A stretch of DNA of 64,000 nucleotides from Octopus vulgaris (GCA_951406725.2 OX597832.1:47244001-47308000); one strand, 5' to 3'. Positions 15,181 to 27,706 are shown, numbered from the stretch's first letter. Made by a program: numbers and translations. Notes: a model not told the origin generated them from the letters alone.

Positions 15181-15710
15181 AGTGTTGGTTTCTAAACGGG
15201 TTCCTGTCTATAGGAAATAGCACTCAGATAAGTTAAAACATTAGACAACGCGAAGCTGGGAAAGAATACACACGCTCAAGATGCCACATAATCTCGATAT
15301 AGCGTGTTGCAAGATTGTTTGTCTAGGTTTCTATGATTCGTTGATTTACTTGCTGGTTGCTAGGTTACTTGGTTCATCTCTATGTCTTTATTTATTTAAT
15401 CGTTTTCTTTTTCTCTCTTTTTCTCTTTTTTCTTTTTTTTTTTTTTTGCTTTCGTTGTTATTCCGCGATGTTAGCAACATCATTGTGCTATTAATTGTCT
15501 GTCCAGATTCTGTGATCAATGATGCGTGCATATTCCAGAATTAGTCACAGCTCGATGGATGTTCAAACTATGTATGCACATCACTCTTGTTTGAAACCGG
15601 AAGAGTTTAATCTGTTTATGCTAAGCTCTATATTTATTTGTACTTGTTGTTTACACTATTTGTTTATATATATACCGCTATGTGTGTACATGTGGATATT
15701 TATGCGTGTG

Positions 15711-15760
<50 letters not shown>

Positions 15761-15827
15761 TATATATATATACATATATATACATATATATATACATATA
15801 TATACATATATATATACATATATATAC

Positions 15828-15946
<119 letters not shown>

Positions 15947-18079
15947 ATATGATATAATATAATATATATATATATATGTATGTATGTATATGTATGTGTA
16001 TGTATGCATGTATGTACGTCTCTCTGTGTGTACGTGTGTCTGCTCCAGTTGATGCATACCCAGTGTGTAAACTAAGATATTTCGCTATTACAAATATATT
16101 CCTGTTGCTTTTACTTCACTGAGTCATCATGTCATGTTATATCTAACATTAAGCTATACATCTTCTCGTTTCTCTACATCTTTTTTATCTTTGATATCGT
16201 GGTTATTGTTGTTGTTGTTGTGGTTGTTACTGTTGTTGTTGTCTTTAATGATGTGATTGTTTACGATTATTCTTTCTTCTTTCTTTTTTATTATTATTGA
16301 TTACCTTGTTAATAATAATAATATTTTAATTCAAAATGCTTATTGAAGTTGACGAGTTAGTCGAGTTTTAAATGTATTTTACAGTTTCTTTACTTAAAAC
16401 TGATTATTTAGATTTCTTAATACTCTCAAGTATTAACGATTTGCTTTCTTGTTCTCTTTTTCTGTTTCTGTAACTGTATTTAGATCTAGTAAGATAAAAC
16501 ACAGACATATATTCTTACACCATGATACGAAAGAATCATCGTAACTTACAAATGGCAACTGATAGTTAATTTCATATCATTTGGTTTATCTCTTGACATA
16601 ACCTAAAGCAGAATAGATTTTATTTATGACACCAATTTCCATACACATCCGACATTCGATACAAAAATTGTACCTGTAACATATCGTAAAATTATTAAAC
16701 CAGCAACAAACTATAAAAACAACTTGACTGGCAACGAATGTTGGTGAATGAATGAGAATATTTGTCATAGAATGGAAGATAGAAAATTTAATAACATGGC
16801 GGATAAAATGGTTTGTCGTAGTTCGTCCCGTCTATTTGCTTTGAGTTTCTACCCAGTCACAGTCAACTTTGGCTTTCATCCTTTGGGGGAAAACTGTTGC
16901 CTTTTTCACCATAGTTTCTTTCAAAACTCTACTTCACCGAGATTGATACTTTTGCTAATGTTAAAGTATGTCAACGTAAAAAGAATATTTTACGTTGACA
17001 CGATAAAGTCGATCGATCGACGTATAGATAGTAAGACAGATAAATAGATACATATCGTGCGTGCGTATGTATTTACATATATATATTCAAATTTCATTCA
17101 AATTATGCATTCAAATTGCTCTATTATTTATAATACTGAACACTTAATATGAATCGTTTTTGTATCGGAAAAGTTGAAACAGTGATTGTAGCATGTGTGA
17201 AGAGATTTAGAATTCATTCGATAGAAAGCAAACATACGCACATTACACATATGCATGCACATACGTATGTGCATATGTACGTATCTATAAGGTTTAGTAA
17301 CACAAGATATGAAGAGTAAGATTCCTTTTCAGTAGATTACAGCGATGAAAATATAATTTGATTCAAAAGAGTCAAAGATACAAATGCAAAATGGAGCCCC
17401 AGTCTGGGTTCGATGGGAAATTATCAGTTAATAGTATTAAAGACTCGTTACATTGATCCAACGCCACAAGGGCCAAGATGGGGGATATAGCCTTCTAATA
17501 CAGCTGTTCTGAAATTCAAGACTCCCTTTTGGCAGAAAATATATATTGAAATATTTTTGCCCCTCAATAGTAGTGAAAATACACAACTTAATTCAGCTTT
17601 GTATAATCCTTCTTATATCACAATTGCGTTTGACAAAGCATAACATATATAAGTTGTTTGAAACTGAAATACATACAGAAATAAAACTTACAATACTGTC
17701 AGTTATATTTATTGACAAGTTCATTAATTCCGGTGCGAATGTTTGTCAAGGTAAGTTGCATATCGCCTTCTACTTGTAGTGGATCCATGTGCTTAATTTT
17801 TATACTTCCTAAACTAAAATAAAAATAAGCTTTTTACTCTCAAATACGTTAAGCCAAATAGAAGCAGGTTTTATATTAAATACAGTGACTTGTCCTCCCT
17901 CTCATCAATCCTCACATGAATACCCCATGCTTGTGAAAGACTCTGATTTTGTAGATTAATGTCCGTTCTTTGTTAATTAAATGGGGAATGGCTGAAATCA
18001 ACGCAGATTCTGTACTCTGTGAACGGAACATCGAAAGGGAGATGACAAAATATTATTGTCATTTAATTTTATCTTTTAG

Positions 18080-18212
18080 TAAAGAAGCAAGGCAGTGCTC
18101 TTTTACGGGACCTCCGAAAATGGTTGTACGGAGGGAAAGAAGCTGATAAACCGGAATTTGGTACAAATGCTTACAAGAGAGTGGACTTCCTTAAAGACAT
18201 AAAAAGCGACGG
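18080..18212 (+). CDS. Cytoplasmic-tail exon with two possible donors (after 18160 or after 18212)
   Basis: Acceptor tttaattttatcttttag, phase 1 in. Open frame VKKQGSALLRDLRKWLYGGKEADKPEFGTNAYKRVDFLKDIKSDG. Donors are TTG|gtacaa (phase 1) or CGG|gttaag (phase 2), both weak. Confidence 0.72.
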
Positions 18213-18599
18213 GTTAAGTTGACCACCAGAGTAGGCGTTAGTGGGATTTAAACTCAGATTTGAACTCAGAACATTGTTCGAAATTATAAGGACACAGATC
18301 GTGTCGTATAGCCAGCTGGAGACGATGTCTCCTGGGACTAAATTACAGCAACATTCGTCCTAAACCAGGACTGCCATGTTATGTTGGCAAACAATCTTTA
18401 TTCCAGACATTTTATTAGCTTCACCAACCATCGTAGATTAGTAACCTTTTTGTCGACACTTAAACGATGAAAGGTAAAATTGGTCTGAATTTAGAAAGTA
18501 AAGAGCATGATCAAATATCTTGTGAAGACTCCACCTGTTCGCTTCGCCACTTTCAAAATAATAGTTTCTAATATAGACGTAAGGCTAATAATATAGATT

Positions 18600-20000
18600 T
18601 GAATTTCGGCACACGGTCAGAAATTTCGGAGATAGAGATAATTCGACCCCAGGGTCAACTGGTGTATTTCTATTGACCTCGAAAGGATGAAAGGCAAAGT
18701 CGACCTCGACGGAATTTCGACTCAGAACATGAGGACGGACGAAATGTCGTTAAGAATTTTTGCCCGGCGTGATAACGATTCTTCCAGCTCACGGCCTTAT
18801 TAAATGGCCAGTAATATTGGAGGTACATCGATACCGATGTGGAGGCGCAATGGCCCAGTGGTTAGGGCAGCGGACTCGCGGTCGTAGGATCGCGGTTTCG
18901 ATTCCCAGACCGGGCGTTGTGAGTGTTTATTGAGCGAAAACACCTAAAAGTTCCACGAGTCTCCGGCAGGAGATGGTGGTGATCCCTGTTGTACTCTTTC
19001 ACCACAACTTTCTCTCACTCTTACTTCCTGTTTCTGTTGTACCTGTATTTCAAAGGGCCGGCCTTGTCACTCTCTGTGTCACGCTGAATATCCCCGAGAA
19101 CTGCGTTAAGGGTACACGTGTCTGTGGAGTGCTCAGCCACTTACACGTTAATTTCACGAGCAGGCTGTTCCGTTGATCGGATCAACCGGAACCCTCGTCG
19201 TCGTAACCGACGGAGTGCTTCCCTACATCGATACCAGTACTACATTTTGTCGTCCTTGGAGTCGATGAAAAGCAAAGTTGAGTTGACATCGACCGGATTT
19301 GAACTCAGAACGTAAAAGACAGAAACAGCCACTGTATCGCTATAACGATTACCACCAACTCACCGCCTTCAAAATACTAAAATTAATTTTGTTTTCATAG
19401 TTACGAAAAAGCCGGATGACACACTGTATTGTATATTGTTCGCCGCTTTAATCATTTGTAATTCGATGCCTCCAATAAATTCATTTCAAATTTTGGTACA
19501 TGCCCAGAAATTTCGGGGGAAGGGAATAATTCAATTACATCGACACCAGTGTTCAACTGATACTTACTTTATCGACCCTGAAGGATAAGATGTAAATCAA
19601 CTTTGATTGAATTTGAACTCAGAACGTAAAGGCACGTGAAATGATGCTAAGCATTATTGCCCGGCGCCCTAAAGATTTTGCCAGATCGCCGCCTTGGCGT
19701 TTTAACATATTGATTTCAAATTTTAGCACAAGGCCAGCAATTTCAGTGAAGGAGTAAGTCAGTTACATTGACCCCAGTGTCCAGCTGGTACTTATTTCAT
19801 CGACACTGAAAGGATGAAAGGCAAAGCTGAAAGACGAAGTCGGCGATTTTGAACTCAGAATGTAAAGACGGACGAAATGCAGCTAAGAATCTTGTCCGTC
19901 GTGCTAAAACAATTCTGCCAGTTCGCCACCTTAAGACGGACGAAATGTCACTAAGCATTTTGTCCGGTATGCTAACGATTCTGCCAGCTCGCTGCCTTAA
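18600..20000 (-). mobile_element. Cluster of several SINE family A copies, one interrupted by a family C SINE
   Basis: Repeated gaactcagaacgtaaa...acgaaatg...aacgattctgccag modules. Confidence 0.85.
18838..19223 (+). mobile_element. tRNA-derived SINE family C, full length
   Basis: Head ggaggcgcaatggcccagtggttagggcagcggactcgcggtcgtaggatcgcggtttcgattcc with A and B boxes. Flanked by a probable TSD, tacatcgatacc, on both sides. Confidence 0.88.
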
Positions 20001-20862
20001 TAGATTGAAATTAATTTTGTTTTCATAGTTACAAAACGCAAGCTTAGACCTTTCGGTTGTTTGTAATTCATAGAAGGTATTTTTATAACAACAGTTACGG
20101 AACAAATATACTTGGGAGCGGTGTGAGTATCACAACAACCCCTTTCGATTCCCTAAAATATTCTATCACGTCTTAGCAATGCCAAAGAAATAATCTTTAT
20201 ATGATGAATTAAACGCCATAGTACTCAGCAATCTTGTTTCTATTCCAGCTCGAACCAAACGCAAATTCACCAACGCCGGTAATGTCTTTAGAAGAGGCAT
20301 CTACGTCTCACAATCTTTATTTCCCTCTATTGTATTTTTTTGCGTTTTTGCGGTCCTAACTGAAGGACCAGTGGTATTAGAGTCTCGTCGCTATTTCTTC
20401 TTATTTTTTGTGTATTGATCGTATACTTTTTGATGTCAATACAATAATGGCAGCCAGCCATTCTTTTGCTATGTTTGTTGTTGTTGTTCCTATTCCTGTC
20501 GTTGTTATCGTTGCTCTTGTTGTTGTCGTCGTTGTTGTTGTTGTTGTTGTTGTTATTATTATTGCTACTGTTGTTCCTGCTGCTGCTGCTGCTGCTGCTG
20601 CTGCCGTTGCAGCTGTATTGTTATTGGTATTGTACGACGCCAGGTCAACATCCGTGGTGTAAACCTTCGATCAAAAACGTCCTAGTATTGAATGTCAAAA
20701 ATGTCAAACCCGTCATTCGTTTGCTGACTTCGTATTTTGGACCACATTATAGTCCAATGCCTATCTTACATTTCCAGCCAGGCACTAGAGAGTAATCGGG
20801 GAACAATTTGATCGCTTGTTTCTAGCAGGTTGAGCAATCATGACAAATATATATATAGATAG

Positions 20863-21001
20863 ATAATCAAAATAGGCAACAAGTATATCTTAGGTAATTT
20901 AGTACAATCGTTTCATGCTACTTCATTTTATTAAACATTGAAGTAGCATGAAACGATTGTACCAAATTACCTAAGATATACTTGTTGCTTATTTTGATTA
21001 T
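20863..21001. repeat. Long inverted repeat, 63-bp arms and 13-nt loop
   Basis: ataatcaaaataggcaac...catgctacttca is followed by tgaagtagcatg...gttgcttattttgattat, with two differences between the arms. Confidence 0.95.
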
Positions 21002-21215
21002 AATCATCCCATGGGTTTATATGGATAATACCATACAAAATTCTGGTGCCTCTGTCTTAAGTACCATATTCATCTGAATCTAAATGTTGCTGAACTTATA
21101 TATATAGATATATATGTTTGCATATATGTGTATGCCCACATACAAATGTATTTTGTATGTATAATGTGTGTGTGTGTGTAATATATATGTTTGTATAATA
21201 TATTAACACACAAGC

Positions 21216-21280
<65 letters not shown>

Positions 21281-21541
21281 TGTGTGTGTATGTGTGTGCG
21301 TGCGTGTGTGTGTGTCTGTATGTTTGCGGGAAAAGGTCAAGATAGAAAATGCTAAAGTAATTTTATAAAAAAACATTTCAACTGTAACTATGGAAAATAA
21401 TTAAATTTTGGAAAAATTAAAAGAAAAGTTTTTTTAAAAGAATATTTGCATAGTGTTCAAATACTATTGGAATTTTCCTTGTTTCTGCCTGTCTCTGTCT
21501 CTCTTGTTTACTCTTGGAGGTTCGAGGTTGTATATATATAT

Positions 21542-21745
21542 AGGCGCAGGAGTGGCTGTGTGGTAAGTAGCTTGCTAACCAACCACATGGTTCCCGGTCC
21601 AGTCCCACTGCGTGGCATCTTGGGCAAGTGTCTTCTGCTATAGCCCCGGGCCGACTATTTTGAATCGGATACACTCACTCTTTATGTCACTTTAGCCGAA
21701 CCGCTAGGTTTACGAGGCGCAAAACACCAATACCAGTTGTACATG
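21542..21745 (+). mobile_element. CORE-like SINE family B, partial
   Basis: ggcgcaggagtggctgtgtggtaagtagcttgct...cccactgcgtggcatcttgggcaagtg. Confidence 0.8.
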
Positions 21746-22519
21746 TGGGTTTGGGGTGTGTGGGTATATATACGTGGGTCATAGTGCTAGTAGAAAATAT
21801 TCTGCTCAGTACCACAGATTTGCTTGTCAATTGCTTGACCTTAACCACTTAAGCATGTTCCTTAGTAGCTGACAACATGAGCACCTCTGATGATGAACAG
21901 GAGTAGTGGAGGAAGCATCATAAACTATGTATTGTGAGTGATTCTTTCAGGTTTTAATAAATGTAACAAAAGCAAAGATTGAAGGAAATAGTAGAAATAG
22001 TAGCCCTTTTTCATACTTCTAGTGGTATGCAAACAGGAAATAACAGTTGCTACCCAAAGGCAAAAATCGTGTCACAGTGTAATTTAACCGTTGAGTAAAT
22101 CCCAGGAGATATTCTCTCTCTTTCTCAAGTTCTCGGTATTTAATTCTTTGCATGCATTTTCCTTTCTATATAAAATACTGTCTTTCATTTCTTCTATTGT
22201 TCTCTCACTCTATATTTCTATACAAAAATCGATGTCAGACTCGATTAATATGGTAACACCAGTAAATATTCATTAGAAAGCAGCGTTTCTTATTATATCT
22301 AAAAGTGATGTTTTATTATTGTTTGTTTTCGTCGAAATGTTTTTGTTTTTTTATTATTGTTTTATAATATGATTTATACAAATATTGTGTAATTTTATGC
22401 GAAATCAGTTCGACTTCTGAAGATGTGTTAGAAAACGCAAAACAGTAAATTTAGCGAAAGTTCGATATTAAGATATTTGTGTCTACCCACTCCATCTCGC
22501 CGTTTCTCCTTACATTTAC

Positions 22520-22575
<56 letters not shown>

Positions 22576-22656
22576 GCAAAGAGTAGAATACAGGAAAAAC
22601 AATGAAAGTCAAAAAGGACGTACCGAATATATGAATGAGATTCATATACAGGGAAA

Positions 22657-22696
<40 letters not shown>

Positions 22697-22819
22697 CATA
22701 TCAAAGGGAAATGGAATTTAATTAAATTTAAAATATTCAATCAAAATTTACATTTCCAGTGGTCTAACGTGCAAAAAAGTTAGTCAAGAAGACTATATAT
22801 TAGTTATACGATATAGTGC

Positions 22820-22878
22820 ATATATATACACATAAGGAATCCACTTAGGGTGTTGAATCTCACCCTAAGTGGATTCCT

Positions 22879-22893
<15 letters not shown>
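22820..22893. repeat. Perfect hairpin, 33-bp arms and 8-nt loop
   Basis: atatatatacacataaggaatccacttagggtg ttgaatct caccctaagtggattccttatgtgtatatatat. Confidence 0.95.
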
Positions 22894-22934
<41 letters not shown>

Positions 22935-23565
22935 GATAGGGGTTGTAAATTCAACCCTCCATGGGATAACATATATCCAATATACTGCTAGAGAAGTACC
23001 CAACAAAACTAATACATAAATATGCAATAGAAGCAATTTTCAAAGAAAACAAAAATTACACGTGATGTAAATAGGGGAAAAGTAAAAAGAAACAAAGAAA
23101 ATGCACACCAGGTATAAAAGTAATGGCTGTTTTCTTTTTGTTTTAAAAACAAAGGTATATACATACAAATAAATGATTTGACGTGGAACTAAGAAGTATA
23201 AAAATCATTGTTATGAGTCAATATAAAAAGTCATACCGGTTTCGTCATCGCTGATCACTGACTTTCAATGAACACCGATTTGCAAACGGGCTTGGGTCTA
23301 ATAGTACATGAGTGAAAAGATTGCATGCAAGGGAGCTAAGCAGTTCTGAAAGTGATGCAATTGAGGTAGATATGATTAATAAAATATGAATGGCTTAAGG
23401 GATGTATGAGGATTAGTGGGATTATCGGTTCTAGTAAGGTTAATATTGTCCCTGTATTAAGATGTGTGTTCATGTTAAGTTGTGGTTGATATTTATTCAT
23501 AAAAGTTGCCTCTCTATTTAGTCTTTGCTGCATTGAGGCGTTCTGAGAACATTGATAAAAAGGAA
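22935..23565 (-). mobile_element. 3' end of a Penelope-like element: GIY-YIG C-terminus, then a hammerhead-like motif, ending in (TA)n
   Basis: Minus strand LPFYQCSQNASMQQRLNREATFMNKYQPQLN fits the R..E..F....P.LN signature. A hammerhead-like motif follows at 23231-23271. Confidence 0.72.
23231..23271 (-). ncRNA. Degenerate hammerhead-like motif in a PLE 3' end
   Basis: Minus strand TCA TTGAAA GTCA gtgatcagcga TGAC GAA ACCGGT A TGA. Palindromic ACCGGT; the 5' core is eroded. Confidence 0.55.
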
Positions 23566-23952
23566 GGCGTGATTGTGAGGTATGAAGCTTCCCAACCACA
23601 TGGTCCCGGGTACAGTTCCACTTCGTAGTACCTCAGGCAAGTGTCCTCTACTACAGCTTCGGCTGACCAAAGACTTGTGAGTGCATTTAGTAGGCGGAAA
23701 CTGAAAGAAGCCTGTCATGTATATATGCGTGTGTGTCTGTCTCTCTGTCTGTCTGTCTGTCTTTGTGTCTGTGTTTGACTACCACCACCGTTTGACAACT
23801 GGTATATTTACTTCCCCGTGGCCTAGCGGTTCAGCAGCAAAAGTACCGATAGAATAAGTACCCGGCATTATCAAAAAAAAAGTCCTGAAGTTGATTTGTT
23901 CCACAAAAAAAAATTAATAATTGCCCCAGCATGGCTGCAGTCTGATGACTGG
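23566..23952 (+). mobile_element. CORE-like SINE family B
   Basis: Diverged full-length copy with aaccacatgg, caagtgtc, ggaaactgaaagaagcc and gatagaataagtac. Confidence 0.8.
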
Positions 23953-24292
23953 TGTATGTTCTGTATTCGAGATTCTTTAATTCTCATCCTCATTTAGCAG
24001 AGATATTTTCTAGTTCTATTTTATCTACTTGGATTATTTATTGCGATAAATTCTTCGTTTCAGGGAAGAAAAATGTGCGATCTAAAACACAAGTGTCTCT
24101 TACATATTAGCATATATATATATGAGTGTGCTCGTGTGTGTATGTGTGTGTATGAGTGTGTATGAGTGTATGCGTGTGTGTGTGTATGAATGTTTGTTTG
24201 TACAGATGTCTCCATATACACACATACATTATATACATATGAATATATGTATATATGCAAATGCATGCATATATATTTATATATACATACTT

Positions 24293-24690
24293 TTATTTGT
24301 TTGTCATTTGACTGAGGCCATGCTGGAGCACCGGCTTTTAGTCGAACAAATCGACCCCAGGACTTATTTTTTGTAAGCCTAGTACTTATTCTCTCGGTCT
24401 CTTTTGCCGAACTGCTAAGTTACAGACACGTAAACACACCAAAATCGGTTGTCAAGCGATGGTGAGAGTGGACAAACACAGACACACAAACATATAAACA
24501 CACACACAGACACATATACGAAGGCCTTCTTTTAGTTTCCGTCTACCAAATACCATCACAAGGCTTTGGTCAGCCCGAGGCTATAGTAGAAGACATTTAC
24601 CGAAGGTGCCACACAGTGGGACTGAACCCGGAACCATGTGGTTGGTAAGCTATTTGCAAGCTATTTACCACACAGCTACTCCTGCGACTA
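24293..24690 (-). mobile_element. CORE-like SINE family B
   Basis: Reverse complement of the 21542 and 23566 copies (gtcatttgactg.ggccatgctggagcacc...gggactgaacccggaaccatgtggttggtaagc). Confidence 0.87.
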
Positions 24691-24929
24691 TAATATATCT
24701 ATATATGAAACAAAAAATAATTGTATCAATTATGAGTTAAGCTACATTTATCCTCTTAAGCTTTAAACTTTTTTTTTAATCCTGTATTATAAATTCTCTC
24801 TGTATCGTTTCTATATTTTTTGTCTCTTGTTATTTCTGATTTGGATGAGTCAATGCAGGTATCTTGGCATATGCAGTAGTATTTTCCTGGATACAACTGC
24901 ATATGATTTGCCTACGTAGATGTATGTGG

Positions 24930-25921
24930 GTATATATGTGTGTGTCTGTGTGTGTGTGCGTGCATATGATTGTGTGTGTGTGTCTATGTATGTGTATGTA
25001 TATATGTGCTTGTGTATGAGCGTATGATTGAGTGCGTGTGTATGAGCATGTGTATGTATGTATATATGTGCTTGTTGGTGTGTGTATGTGCGTGTGATTG
25101 TGTGTATGTGTCTGAGTTAGTGTATGTATATATGTGCTTGTGTGTGCGCGTGTGATTGTGTATGTGTGTGAGTGTGTATGAATGAGTATGTGTGTGTACG
25201 TATGTGCTTATCTGTGTGTGTGAGTGTATGTGCTTGTGATTGTGTGTGTGTGTGTGTGTGTGAATGAGTATGTGTATGTACGTATGTGCTTGTTGGTGTG
25301 CGTGTGATTGAGTGCTTGTGTGAGTGCGTGTGAATGAGTATGTATGCATGTATGCATATGCTTGTTGGTCTGTGTATGTGCGTGTGATTGTGTGTATGTG
25401 TCTGAGTAAGTGTATGCATATATGTGCTTGTGTGCGCACGTGTGATTGTGTGTGTGTGTGAGTGTGTGTGAATGAGTATGTGTATGTACGTATGTGCTTG
25501 TCTGTGTGTGTGAGTGTATGAGCTTGTGATTGTGTGTGTGAGTGTGTGTGAATGAGTGTATGTGCTTGTGATTGTTTGTGTGTGTGTGTGTGAATGTGTG
25601 TGAATGAGTACCTGTGTGTACGTACGTATGTGCTTGTCTGTGTGTGTGTGAGTGTGCGTGTTTGTGATTGTGTGTGAGTGTGTGTAAATGAGTATGTGTA
25701 TGTGCGTTTGTGCTTGTCTGTGTGTGTGTGAGTGTATGTGCTTGCGATTGTGTATGTGTGTGAGTGTATGTGAATGAGTATCTGTGTGTATGTACGTATG
25801 TGCTTGTTGGTGTGCGTGTGATTGTGTGTATGTGAGTGCGTGTGTATGTGTACGTGTATGTATGTATATATGTACTTGTTGGTATGTGTGTATGTGTGTG
25901 TGTGTGCGTGTGATTGTGGTA

Positions 25922-25952
<31 letters not shown>

Positions 25953-26104
25953 ATCTATACATGTGCTTGTGTGTGTGTGTATGTCCGTGTGATTATGTGT
26001 GAGTGTTTGTATGAGTATACGTATCTATATATGTGCATATGTGCGTGCATGTATGCGTGAGTGTGATTGTGTGTATGAGTATGTGTAAGTATATACGACC
26101 TTGT

Positions 26105-26170
<66 letters not shown>

Positions 26171-26180
26171 GCGTGCGTGC
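24930..26180. repeat. TG-rich compound repeat with a cryptic longer period
   Basis: Recurrent blocks gtgattgtgt, gaatgagtatg and tacgtatgtgcttg embedded in (TG)n. Confidence 0.85.
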
Positions 26181-26357
26181 TAGGCATACGGTAGTGGAGT
26201 TCTTAATTTCTAGAAATACATTTTGCAACCGATTTTCTGTTTGCTTCTGACGTATCACACGGGTTATCCACGCCCACAAGTCAAAGTAATTTATGGAACA
26301 TAGCATGGAATAAAATGTCAGTTCTGTTGCGGGTGTTTTCTTCTTTATATTTCTCAG

Positions 26358-26368
26358 TAAACTTTATT
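26358..26368 (+). CDS. Candidate 11-nt microexon (TAAACTTTATT)
   Basis: Strong acceptor gtgttttcttctttatatttctcag and donor gtaaga. Converts the phase-2 end at 18212 into the phase-1 start at 32219, giving SDG-KLY-YDKYSMY. Confidence 0.6.
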
Positions 26369-26392
26369 GTAAGATTGATAGTTGTCATATCT

Positions 26393-27621
26393 TGTGTGTG
26401 AGAGATACGTGGTTTATGTGTGGGAGATACGTAGTTTATGTGTGAGAGATATGTAGTTTATGTGTGGGAGATACGTAGTTTATGTGTGAGAGATATGTAG
26501 TTTATGTGTGGGAGATACGTAGTTTATGTGTGAGATATACGTAGTTTATGTGTGGGAGATACGTAGTTTATGTGTGAGATATACGTAGTTTATGTGTGAG
26601 AGATATGTAGTTTATGTGTGAGATATACGTAGTTTATGTGTGAGAGATATGTAGTTTATGTGTGGGAGATACGTAGTTTATGTGTGAGATATACGTGGTT
26701 TATGTGTGGGAGATACGTAGTTTATGTGTGAGAGATATGTAGTTTATGTGTGGGAGATACGTAGTTTATGTGTGAGATATACGTGGTTTATGTGTGGGAG
26801 ATACGTAGTTTATGTGTGAGAGATATGTAGTTTATGTGTGGGAGATACGTAGTTTATGTGTGAGAGATATGTAGTTTATGTGTGAGATATACCTAGTTTA
26901 TGTGTGAGAGATATGTAGTTTATGTGTGGGAGATACGTAGTTTATGTGTGAGATATACGTAGTTTATGTGTGAGATATACGTGGTTTATGTGTGGGAGAT
27001 ACGTAGTTTATGTGTGAGAGATATGTAGTTTGTGTGTGAGATATACGTAGTTTATGTGTGAGAGATATGTAGTTTATGTGTGAGATATACCTAGTTTATG
27101 TGAGATATACGTAGTTTGTGTGAGATATACGTAGCTAATGTGTGAGATATACGTAGTTTATGTGTAGGAGATACGTAGTTTGTGTGTGAGATATACGTAG
27201 TTTGTGTGTGAGAGATACGTAGTTTATGTGAGATATACGTAGTTTGTGTGAGATATACGTAGTTAATGTGTAGGAGATACGTAGTTTGTGTGTGAGATAT
27301 ACGTAGTTTATGTGTGAGATATACGTAGTTTATGTGTGAGAGATACGTAGTTTGTGTGTGAGATATACGTAGTTTATACGTGGGAGATACGTAGTTTATG
27401 TGTGTGATATATACCTAGTTTATGTGAGATATACGTAGTTTGTGTGAGATATACGTAGTTTATGTGTGAGATATACGTAGTTTATGTGTGGGAGATATGT
27501 AGTTTATGCATGGCAGATACGTAGCTTATGTGTGAGATATACATAGTTTATGTGTGAGATATACGTAGTTTATGCATGGCAGATACGTAGCTTATGTGTG
27601 TGAGATACGTAATTTATGTGT
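26393..27621. repeat. Minisatellite, 22-bp unit (tgtgtgggagatacgtagttta and variants), roughly 55 copies
   Basis: Directly visible tandem units with a few alternating variants, and some 20-bp units toward the 3' end. Confidence 0.97.
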
Positions 27622-27706
27622 ATCAAAGGTATCGGGACCAATGAGGGACTGTTGGCTGCGGTATTCTAGCGATCGAATGAATGAATATATATATATATAT
27701 ATATAA

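Noticed and set aside
16483-16487. 5-nt microexon candidate ATCTA (tag...gtaaga)
   Set aside because: It would shift the frame unless paired with a second weak AAG-acceptor exon near 17720. Too many assumptions.
18838-18915. tRNA gene
   Set aside because: The tRNA-like A and B boxes run directly into a dispersed-repeat body. This is a SINE head, as at 48416, 51815 and 63260.
22411-22452. CTGAAGA followed by a stem, + strand
   Set aside because: It lacks the G of GAAA and has no convincing stem I or III.
26393-27621. CRISPR-like regular array
   Set aside because: The units are contiguous with no unique spacers, in a eukaryotic context with no cas genes. It is a minisatellite.
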